A stretch of 62,828 bases of DNA from an uncultured Porphyromonadaceae bacterium. Its GTDB lineage: Bacteria; Bacteroidota; Bacteroidia; Bacteroidales; UBA12481. The DNA is taken from positions 19,943 to 82,770 of the forward strand of contig CAYWHP010000003.1 in NCBI GenBank assembly GCA_964457845.1. The letters run 5' to 3'. Numbering within the stretch: position 1 is the first letter of the stretch; every line of letters begins with the position of its first letter. Below are positions 27,464 to 35,307 of the stretch, piece after piece. A model generated the notes under the pieces. It was not told the DNA's origin, did no database searches, and saw only the letters and a program-made list of their open reading frames with translations. Made by a program: the position numbers and the translations under genes.

Positions 27464-27803
27464 GCTGCCGGTTCAATTGCATAATCTGAATCGAGAGGTA
27501 ACGGGTAGGAATACCGCGGGGGCACGCAAGCTGACATTTGCCGCACAGCATGCATGATTGCAGCGATAGCTGATCAGCTTCTTCTGCCGCAATCGATTGC
27601 CTTATCCGATAGTGGAGTTGCCGGAAATTGAATCTGCTGTTTTGCCCTGACGGACAGGTTGCCACACAGGATCCGCAATTTATGCATGACCTCCAGACCC
27701 CAATTACCTGATCAAGGCTTTCGGCCAGCCGGTTATCCGCCTCGTCGAGGTTGATCCTCCGGCTTTCACGGATGTCGAGACCAAATCTATTTGTTTTGAC
27801 CAT
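27438..27803 (-). CDS. HdrC-like 2x[4Fe-4S] ferredoxin
   Basis: CINCGSCVATCP and CMLCGKCQLACPRG. Confidence 0.85.
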   Translation of the reverse strand: MVKTNRFGLDIRESRRINLDEADNRLAESLDQVIGVWRSCINCGSCVATCPSGQNSRFNFRQLHYRIRQSIAAEEADQLSLQSCMLCGKCQLACPRGIPTRYLSIQIMQLNRQHAKGIPSI

Positions 27804-28860
27804 GCCCGTTTTTCCTCCTTAACCATGTAAATGCCTCTGCTGCTGCGCTCCGTCCGGAAGCGGCCGCTTCGGGTATACTAACCGGACCACCGCAGGCTCC
27901 TGCATAAAAGATGCCGTCTGTACCAGCCACGCTTTGACTGGTAAAGGGATTGTTTGATTTGATGAAACCGGTTTCCTCAACCACCGGCCTGGCACCGTCG
28001 ACGCCAACCGGGCATGAAGACGGCACCATTCCGGTGAGCAGCACCAGCCAATCGGCTGTAACCTTAAGCGGACGCGCCATTAGTGTGTCCTCGGCCTTCA
28101 GCACGATCCGGTGATCATGCGTTTCGGCGGCTTCGGAAACCCTTCCTCGTATAAACTGAATGTGGTGCTTTTCCTGTGCTTCGCGAAAGAGCTCCTCATA
28201 ACCGCTTCCGAATGCCCTCATATCGATATAAAAATTGATCACCCTGCACGCCGGGAATGCTTCGCGAATTTCAATCGCCTGCTTAATTCCCGTTATGCAA
28301 CAGAGACGGCTGCAATAATTGTTGCCAACCTGCTGATCGCGCGATCCAACGCAGTGCACAAAAGCCACGGTTGAGGGATCGCTTCCGCCGGCGCGAAGCT
28401 TGCCGGGATCATCAGCGAACATCCTCTCAAGATCGGGCGAAGTGATCACCTGTTTGTAGATGCCATAGCCGAACTCTTCCTTGAGCCCTGCGTCGAAGAA
28501 TTCGAAGCCGGTGGCCACAATAACCGAATCAGCTGTTCCCGCAATCCCATTGCCCGAAAGGAGCCGGAATCCCCCGTCGGCAGATTCGATTCCGCTGACA
28601 GCAGTACCGAAATGCAGAGATATCTCCTCGCGAGGTTCGTCGACGTTGAACTCAGCCAGCACATTTTCCGCCAAATCCCTGTCGGGAAAGAGACGGTGAT
28701 ACTCCTTTAGCTTGCCGCCAGCTTGCTTCTCCCTGTTGTACCAGTCGACCTGAGCCCCCAGGGCGGCGGCGGACTGCGCTGCGGAAATCCCGGCGGGGCC
28801 GGCCCCGATCACGGCAATCCGTGACCGTCTTACCGGTTTATCATCGTTGCTGTGCATCAT
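27787..28860 (-). CDS. hdrA: Short HdrA-like FAD/[4Fe-4S] oxidoreductase without ferredoxin inserts
   Basis: IAVIGAGPAG Rossmann fold, IVATG, FVHCVGSRD...NYCSRLCC, YIDMRAFG, DWLVLLTGM, YAGAC. Start placed at MMHSND (28860); the ORF track uses 28890. Confidence 0.85.
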   Translation of the reverse strand: MMHSNDDKPVRRSRIAVIGAGPAGISAAQSAAALGAQVDWYNREKQAGGKLKEYHRLFPDRDLAENVLAEFNVDEPREEISLHFGTAVSGIESADGGFRLLSGNGIAGTADSVIVATGFEFFDAGLKEEFGYGIYKQVITSPDLERMFADDPGKLRAGGSDPSTVAFVHCVGSRDQQVGNNYCSRLCCITGIKQAIEIREAFPACRVINFYIDMRAFGSGYEELFREAQEKHHIQFIRGRVSEAAETHDHRIVLKAEDTLMARPLKVTADWLVLLTGMVPSSCPVGVDGARPVVEETGFIKSNNPFTSQSVAGTDGIFYAGACGGPVSIPEAAASGRSAAAEAFTWLRRKNGHGQNK

Positions 28861-29905
28861 GAAAAGGTTGACACATTTCTGGTTCGCCAATTATCCGGCC
28901 ATCACGGTCGGAATATTTAGTTTCGGGATCATAGGGTATCCCAATCTTATCAAGCAACGATTCAACAGGCACCTGATGGGTCTGCAACCCAATTTCCCAG
29001 GGATCATAGCCAAGAACAATCCCCGCCAGCTCCTCGTGCGTAACAACAGGGATCTTCCTTCCTTCCGGTCCATACACGGTGCCCTCCGATTCCTCCAGTA
29101 CGTATTGCCAGCGATCGAGGAACATGGCGCAGCCCGGGCAGTTCGCCACGATCAGGTCGGGCTGGCATGGCTGCATCGATTCCAGCTTAATTTTCGATTG
29201 TGATATCGAATAGCCCCTGTTGGGCGGCATCAGGTAATTACGAAAACCAAAGCCGCAGCAGTGACGCCGCTCGGGATAGTCAACGGTTTCCCCTCCCCAG
29301 GCCGTTACCAGCCCTGCAAGCACCTGCGGAAACTCGGCACCGCCAACTCCACGCTCCGGAAAAGTCTTGGCATAGTGACAGCCGATGTGGTCAACCACCT
29401 TCAACGGCCGGCCCGTGACCCTGTCAACCAGCCGGAATTTCGCTATCGAGGCAATCTCTTCGCGGTATTTATAGAGAATATCGGAGGCATGAACCATATT
29501 GCCGGGTTCGGTAAAACTCCTCCCGGTGGCATCACTCAGAAAACCGGCAATCTTATCCTTCAGGTCGGGCTTGTGGTGCCACATATCCAGGATCTCGGAA
29601 TAGAGGCCAAAGGAGGTAACACAGGATACTACCAGGTTCCGGTATCCCTTTTCCTTCATCAGGGCAAACTGCCGCGCCACAACGGTCATCGTGGTTTCAA
29701 GAGGAATAATGTCGGTATGGTACCCGATGCCGGTGCAGGTTGTATGGTCGGCATCTTCAAAAATATTTTTTCCCAGCCGGTTGCGGAGTATATCAATAAA
29801 AAGGTTTTCAGCCCCCGGGAAAAAATTCTGCCGGATGCAGGAGCGGACGTAGAAGTAGTCGTCATCGGCTATCTCCTTTTGATAATCTTTCCAATATTTT
29901 GCCAT
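28841..29905 (-). CDS. hdrB: HdrB-like CCG-domain protein
   Basis: The second CCG domain is complete (IGCH, HCCGFG, NCPGC). The first is degenerate (RSC, TCTG, SCVTS). Confidence 0.85.
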   Translation of the reverse strand: MAKYWKDYQKEIADDDYFYVRSCIRQNFFPGAENLFIDILRNRLGKNIFEDADHTTCTGIGYHTDIIPLETTMTVVARQFALMKEKGYRNLVVSCVTSFGLYSEILDMWHHKPDLKDKIAGFLSDATGRSFTEPGNMVHASDILYKYREEIASIAKFRLVDRVTGRPLKVVDHIGCHYAKTFPERGVGGAEFPQVLAGLVTAWGGETVDYPERRHCCGFGFRNYLMPPNRGYSISQSKIKLESMQPCQPDLIVANCPGCAMFLDRWQYVLEESEGTVYGPEGRKIPVVTHEELAGIVLGYDPWEIGLQTHQVPVESLLDKIGIPYDPETKYSDRDGRIIGEPEMCQPFHDAQQR

Positions 29906-30553
29906 TCAACAACCTCCCGCTTCTGGTTCGTACGCTCCGCCTTCAATACTATCCCAATAGTCCATACATCCGGTAATCTCGAAGATCCGTGCGAGTTCTC
30001 CCAGTGCGGCAGGGCTGATTTTCCGCAAAAGACCCGGGCCGGCTTGATCGTATCCGCTGTCGAAGCGGCCATACACCTGATCCGCATTGCCTGACATCCA
30101 TTCCCATACGGGTCCCTGCTCGGGATGAGTGGCCGGATCTACCCGGGTTGGGTGAATGCAATAACCGGTTTCGAGGATGGTATGGCCGATGGCCCTTTTT
30201 ATTGAGAGCTGCTGTCTTCCCAGCCGGGAAGCAGTGAAAAGCCCTGTTCGTGTGGCAACCGAACGAAGAATCTGTATCATGGTCCCCGGCACGTTACCGC
30301 GCGGGCACCTGGGCTTGCAGCTCATACACTGGCCGCACTGCCAGATCATGTCCGACGAGAGCATTGCCTTTAGGGTTTCCTCATCCGCCTCAGTCACCAT
30401 GTTCATCATGATCCGCGGATCATAATCGTAATAGCCCGCTGCCGGGCATATTGCCGTGCAAACACCGCAGTTCAGGCAACTCCTGCATGCCTCCTCATAA
30501 CGTGGATCGGCCTGTATCAGAGCCAACAGATCGTCGTTTTTCATTTGTACCAA
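29906..30553 (-). CDS. hdrC: HdrC-like 2x[4Fe-4S] protein
   Basis: CRSCLNCGVCTAICP, YDPR, IWQCGQCMSCKPRCPRG. Confidence 0.88.
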   Translation of the reverse strand: MVQMKNDDLLALIQADPRYEEACRSCLNCGVCTAICPAAGYYDYDPRIMMNMVTEADEETLKAMLSSDMIWQCGQCMSCKPRCPRGNVPGTMIQILRSVATRTGLFTASRLGRQQLSIKRAIGHTILETGYCIHPTRVDPATHPEQGPVWEWMSGNADQVYGRFDSGYDQAGPGLLRKISPAALGELARIFEITGCMDYWDSIEGGAYEPEAGGC

Positions 30554-30645
30554 AACTACGTCAACCGATCCGTTCGCTTCTGCGAAGGAATACCGTAAAA
30601 CAGCGGAAAGGGTACCGAATTTCCGGAGTATAAATACCTACATTT

Positions 30646-31287
30646 TCACAATTCCACCAGCTTTTCCTTGATGGCATAAACAACGAGGCTGGCTGTATTC
30701 CGGCAACCGGTTTTAAGCAGAATGTTGGCACGATGGCTGTCGACCGTCCTTTTGCTCAGACAGAGGGAATCGGCAATTTCCTGTGTTGACATGCCCTTGC
30801 ATATCAGCAGGATAATCTCCTTCTCCCTGTCGGACAGCGGCGAATCCGGCGTCAGTTCTTCAGGTGCATTTTTAAGGGAGTTGACAAGGTTCATCAGAAG
30901 CTCCCTGGAAAAGTAATTGCCGCCCTCCATTACGGTTTCAAGGGCCATCCGCACCTCCGTAAAATCAGAATTCTTAAGCAGGAACCCTTTAACACCGGCA
31001 TCCACCATCTTGAAATAATAGTCCTGCTCCCCAAACATGCTGAGCGTAATGATTTTAAGGTCGGGATAAAGGGCCAGCGACTGCCGGGCCGCCTCAATGC
31101 CGTCCATTTCGGGCATCGCAATATCCAGCATCACGATGTCGGGCCTGGTAGTTCCAAGCATGTCCAGAAATTCAATCCCGTTGGAGGCCTCACCGGCTAC
31201 CTCAAAGCGGCCAAGTGTGTCGATCAGCATCCGAAGACCCTTACGGAAAAGTTTGTGGTCATCAACCAGCATTACCTTGTATTTCAT
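30646..31287 (-). CDS. NarL/LuxR-family response regulator
   Basis: MLVDDH, VMLDIAMP (phospho-Asp), GFLLKN, LSDREKEI...EIADSLCLSKRTVDSHRANI. Confidence 0.95.
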   Translation of the reverse strand: MKYKVMLVDDHKLFRKGLRMLIDTLGRFEVAGEASNGIEFLDMLGTTRPDIVMLDIAMPEMDGIEAARQSLALYPDLKIITLSMFGEQDYYFKMVDAGVKGFLLKNSDFTEVRMALETVMEGGNYFSRELLMNLVNSLKNAPEELTPDSPLSDREKEIILLICKGMSTQEIADSLCLSKRTVDSHRANILLKTGCRNTASLVVYAIKEKLVEL

Positions 31288-32243
31288 GGCTTTTTAGCAG
31301 CTTTAACTTTGATAAGGACACGGATCCCGAGGCCTGGTTTCGATTCCACCGTCAATTCGCCCCGGAGTGACTTTATCCTGGATTGTATATTGGTAAGCCC
31401 TGACCCTTCCCGGGTGTTTTCACGCATCGCCCGTTCGGCCTCAAAACCGATCCCGTTGTCCTGGTAATCAAGAATAAGTTCACCTGCTTCATGGGCAATA
31501 GCCATAACGGCCCGGCTCGCCTGGGCATGTTGTATGGTATTGTTGATCAGCTCGCTGGCTACCCGATACACAACCACCTCCACATTCTCATCAAAACGCT
31601 CGCTCCTCAGGCTGGTTTGAAAGGCAATATCGAGTTGACCTGTCTGGTTGATTTTCTGCACATAATTGGCCAAAGCCCTGATCATTCCGAAATTGGCCAG
31701 CACATGCGGACTCAGATGATCCGAAATCTCCTTAAGGCTCCGGATCGCTTCATCAACTGTTTCAGTGGCATTCCGGATAATGGTGAGGCTCTGCTTGTCG
31801 GCTGCCAGCTGCTCCAGGGTCGAAACCGACATCTTTACCGCACTCAGCAAAGGGCCCATCCCATCATGCAGGTCCTTGGCGATCCTCGTCCGCTCGGCCT
31901 CTTCGGTCTGAATAATTGCTGTCAGGAAACGCTTTTCCGTCTTCCGCCGCTCCGTCTCCACCTTCTTCATGTAATTGAATATCTGCTGGATCAGATAAAC
32001 CCCCACCGCAAACACCACTGAGGTAATTACCCCCATCCATATGTACAGTTCCCTGAAATAATCCGGCTTGTAGCTGCTTATGAAAGGAAGGAACTCGATA
32101 AACCGGAGAATAACCATCAAAAGAAACCCGATGGTAATGAGAATCCATGAAAGGGCGTATTTGGTGACACTGAACAATTTCAATGCGATGCCGGCAGCAA
32201 TCAGCTGGACGATAATCGAGAACGCCAGAACAAATTTGAGCAT
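31284..32243 (-). CDS. HisKA_3 (NarX/UhpB-type) sensor histidine kinase with a short intramembrane sensor region
   Basis: About 3 N-terminal TM helices; ERTRIAKDLHDGMG H-box; ELINNTIQHA, DNGIGF, GSGLTNI; 4-bp overlap with the response regulator. Confidence 0.93.
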   Translation of the reverse strand: MLKFVLAFSIIVQLIAAGIALKLFSVTKYALSWILITIGFLLMVILRFIEFLPFISSYKPDYFRELYIWMGVITSVVFAVGVYLIQQIFNYMKKVETERRKTEKRFLTAIIQTEEAERTRIAKDLHDGMGPLLSAVKMSVSTLEQLAADKQSLTIIRNATETVDEAIRSLKEISDHLSPHVLANFGMIRALANYVQKINQTGQLDIAFQTSLRSERFDENVEVVVYRVASELINNTIQHAQASRAVMAIAHEAGELILDYQDNGIGFEAERAMRENTREGSGLTNIQSRIKSLRGELTVESKPGLGIRVLIKVKAAKKP

Positions 32244-32260
32244 GATGAACCTTTGGTGTT

Positions 32261-32268
32261 CAAAGGTA
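32261..32268 (-). promoter_or_regulatory. -7 element for the HK-RR(-hdr) transcript
   Basis: TACCTTTG on the minus strand, ~18 bp upstream of the ATG at 32243. Confidence 0.55.
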
Positions 32269-32330
32269 GAAAGTTGGCACCAATTTTTGCCACACCGGCG
32301 CGCGAATCGCCAATCTTCCGTCCGAAATCT

Positions 32331-32338
32331 TACCTTTG
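32331..32338 (+). promoter_or_regulatory. -7 element for the PKD/FISUMP lipoprotein gene
   Basis: TACCTTTG ~18 bp upstream of the ATG at 32356; mirror image of the element at 32261-32268. Confidence 0.55.
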
Positions 32339-32355
32339 CCCAAACTCCATTTCAA

Positions 32356-33546
32356 ATGAAAAGGTATTTCCTTTCGGCCTGTTGCCTTTCGGTGTTTTAT
32401 ATCCTGATAGTCCTTTCAGCCTGCAAAAAAGAGAACATCCCTCCGTCGGCCCTATTCACAATCGACCCGGGCACCGGTAACGATGAAACGATTTTCATGA
32501 TGGATGCCTCCGGCTCCACCGATCCCGATGGGAAGGCCGATTCATTGCGAGTGATGTGGGACTGGGAAGGTGACGGTATTTTCGACTCCCAGTATGCCAT
32601 ACGTAAAAAAGCCGATCATAAATACAGTAAATCGGGTGATTACCAGGTAACACTCGTCGTTAAAGATCCACGCGGGCTTACGGATACCTTAAAAATACCG
32701 CTTTCCGTTTCCAGCTCAAACCTCCCCCCGGAGGCACCTTTCAACCCCCAGCCCGCCGACGGGGCAGTTGTCAAAACCGTTGGGCCCTGGATGAAATGGA
32801 GCTCCAGCGACCCCGATGGCGATCCCATGTTCTTCACCTGCTATTTCGGAAAAACCCAGACACCTCCCCAGTTTATCGCCAATCAGATGTTCGGAACCTT
32901 CAGCCCGGGCAAACTCGATTACAATACCACCTACTACTGGAGGGTTAAGGTTCGCGATACGAAAGGCAACATCACCGAGGGCCCGCTCTGGAGCTTTACA
33001 ACCTATGATCTGCATGTAGGCACGGTAACCGACTCACGCGACGGACAAATTTACCAGACAATCCAGATCGGAACGGCCTGGTGGATGTCGGAAAACCTTC
33101 GCTATGACGCCGGCCAGGGCAGCTATTGCTACGATGACAATGCAACAAAATGCCAAACCTACGGGAAGCTTTACACCTGGGAGGCGGCAATGCGGTCGTG
33201 CCCTGCCGGATGGCACCTGCCTTCAATCTCCGAATTCGAAACACTCCTGAATACCCTCGGCGGCACGGAACTGGCCGGAGGAAAAATGAAGGATTACGAA
33301 CTGCAGCTGTGGCGTGAAGTGAATGTCGGAGCAACCAACGAAGTCGGCTTCAATGCCCTGCCAGCCGGCCGGCGCTACGATTCCGGCCTCTATGCCGGTG
33401 TCAGTTATTACGCACAGTATTTTGCATCTACCGAATACAACAGCAAGGATGCGTACAATATGACCATCGGATACGACTATGGCAACGCATTCATTTACAA
33501 CTACAAAAAGGCTTACGCGATTTCGGTGAGATGTGTAAAAGACTGA
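32356..33546 (+). CDS. Lipoprotein with PKD, fn3-like and Fibrobacter succinogenes major paralogous (FISUMP) domains
   Basis: Lipobox LSAC; DASGSTDPDG/WDWEGDG (PKD); LDYNTTYYWRV; DSRDGQIY..IQIG..WWMSENL, YGKLYTW, CPAGWHLPS, SVRCVKD. Start reassigned from 32080. Confidence 0.88.
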   Translation: MKRYFLSACCLSVFYILIVLSACKKENIPPSALFTIDPGTGNDETIFMMDASGSTDPDGKADSLRVMWDWEGDGIFDSQYAIRKKADHKYSKSGDYQVTLVVKDPRGLTDTLKIPLSVSSSNLPPEAPFNPQPADGAVVKTVGPWMKWSSSDPDGDPMFFTCYFGKTQTPPQFIANQMFGTFSPGKLDYNTTYYWRVKVRDTKGNITEGPLWSFTTYDLHVGTVTDSRDGQIYQTIQIGTAWWMSENLRYDAGQGSYCYDDNATKCQTYGKLYTWEAAMRSCPAGWHLPSISEFETLLNTLGGTELAGGKMKDYELQLWREVNVGATNEVGFNALPAGRRYDSGLYAGVSYYAQYFASTEYNSKDAYNMTIGYDYGNAFIYNYKKAYAISVRCVKD

Positions 33547-33549
33547 CCG

Positions 33550-35307
33550 TCAGTCTTCCGACATCTCCTTCATGAACTCACGGTATTTCGAAAAGACCCG
33601 TGCCCGGCTGACGCAGCCGACGTACCTGCCGTTATCAAGAACCACGAGGATGTATTTACCTGATGCCTGTATCTTCCTGGCAATCTCCTCAACTGAATCT
33701 GCCACCTCCACAATGTATTCGGGCGTATACATAAGGTCACGGCACCAGGTATTCCGGTACAGTTCCGTTTTGAACATCACCGGCCTGAGCCGCTCCATGA
33801 TAATCAAACCAAGAAACATACCTTCCTGATCAAGCACGGGGAACACATTCCGTGTTGAGCGCGCCACCACCTGAACAAGATCACCGAGAGTCTGATCGGG
33901 GCCGACAGGCTCTATGTCTGTTTCAATTAATCCCCTGATATTCATTCGAGTGAGAGCTGCCTTATCTTTATTGTGCGTGATCAGTTCACCCCGGCTGGCA
34001 AGTCGTTTGGTATAAACCGAATGGGGCTCAACCAGTTGAGCGGTGAGATAGGATATGGCCACCGTAAGCATTAGCGGAATGATCAAAATGTAACCGCCCG
34101 TGATCTCCGCTATCAGGAACATCGCCGTGAGCGGCGACCGCATCACACCGGACATCACGCCTGCCATCCCCACCAGCGTGAAATGGGTTTCCGATACATT
34201 CATGATCCCGAGCGTATTCAGCAGCCTGGCCAGGAAAAAGCCGCTGATCCCCCCCAGAAAAAGGCTTGGTGCGAATACACCGCCTACACCGCCCGCACCC
34301 GTGGTAACCCCCGTGGCAATAACTTTCAGAAGGATAATACCAAAGATGACACCCAGAAATACCCAGGGGTTATTGATATCTCCGAACCAAAGACTGTTAT
34401 GAAGGATCTCGCCCGGATTGGCCTTTAGAAGGTTGGTGAGCGCTTCATAGCCTTCGCCGTAGAGCGGCGGAAAAAGAACGATAAGGGTAGCGAGAACTGC
34501 ACCTCCGATGGCCCATCGCAGCCATGGGGAACTGATCTTTTCCATTCCGCCCTCCACGATCCTGAGCCCTTGAGAAAAATAGATGGAAACAGCGCCCGTG
34601 AAAATACCGAGCAAAAGAAAAGCCGGCAGCTCCGAAACGGTGAAGATATCATTCAGGGAATAAGAGAAAAGCACGGCATCCCCCATAAGAAGCCAGGCAA
34701 CCGAGGTGGCGGTAACTGCCGCTATCATCAGTGGCAGCAGGGAGGCCATGGTGAGATCAATCATGAGCACCTCGAGTGAAAAGAGCAACCCGGCTATGGG
34801 TGCCTTGAATATACCCGCAACCGCTCCGGTGGCACCGCAGGCCACCAGCAGGGTAATCGATTTGTAATTAAGGTGCAGGCGCTGGCCAAGCCACGATCCG
34901 AAAGCAGATCCTGTAAGGACAATGGGAGCCTCCAGCCCCACCGAACCGCCTGAACCTACAGTGAAGGTACTTGCTACCATCGATGAATACATATTATGCC
35001 CTTTCAGCAGGCTGTTCTTCTTACTGATGGCATACAAAATCTTACTGATCCCATGTGAGATGGAGTCCCTTACCACATACCTCACGAAAAGAACCGACAA
35101 AAGCAGACCGGCAACCGGATAGAGCAGGTAAAGCCAGTTGGTTTCCGCAGCCCTGAAGCCGCTAGTCAGGAAAAGATGTGTATAGTGAACCGCATTTTTA
35201 AGAAGGAACGCCGCCAGCCCGCTCACAAGGCCCACCACCACCGCAAGAAGTATGATCTGACGGCTGTTTCCGTTTCGTCGGGGGCCTTCCACTAGTCTTC
35301 GCTCCAC
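33550..35307 (-). CDS. CLC-family chloride channel/transporter with CBS domains
   Basis: GGSVGLEAP, AGIFKAPIAG, GGVFAPSLF, SPLTAMFLIAEITGGY; C-terminal CBS pair; GTG start overlapping the paralogue. Confidence 0.93.
   Translation of the reverse strand: MERRLVEGPRRNGNSRQIILLAVVVGLVSGLAAFLLKNAVHYTHLFLTSGFRAAETNWLYLLYPVAGLLLSVLFVRYVVRDSISHGISKILYAISKKNSLLKGHNMYSSMVASTFTVGSGGSVGLEAPIVLTGSAFGSWLGQRLHLNYKSITLLVACGATGAVAGIFKAPIAGLLFSLEVLMIDLTMASLLPLMIAAVTATSVAWLLMGDAVLFSYSLNDIFTVSELPAFLLLGIFTGAVSIYFSQGLRIVEGGMEKISSPWLRWAIGGAVLATLIVLFPPLYGEGYEALTNLLKANPGEILHNSLWFGDINNPWVFLGVIFGIILLKVIATGVTTGAGGVGGVFAPSLFLGGISGFFLARLLNTLGIMNVSETHFTLVGMAGVMSGVMRSPLTAMFLIAEITGGYILIIPLMLTVAISYLTAQLVEPHSVYTKRLASRGELITHNKDKAALTRMNIRGLIETDIEPVGPDQTLGDLVQVVARSTRNVFPVLDQEGMFLGLIIMERLRPVMFKTELYRNTWCRDLMYTPEYIVEVADSVEEIARKIQASGKYILVVLDNGRYVGCVSRARVFSKYREFMKEMSED

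Noticed and set aside
33541-33555. Palindrome GACTGACCGTCAGTC
   Set aside because: Explained by two convergent genes both ending Asp-TGA (GAC TGA) 3 bp apart. Too short, and there is no U-tract.
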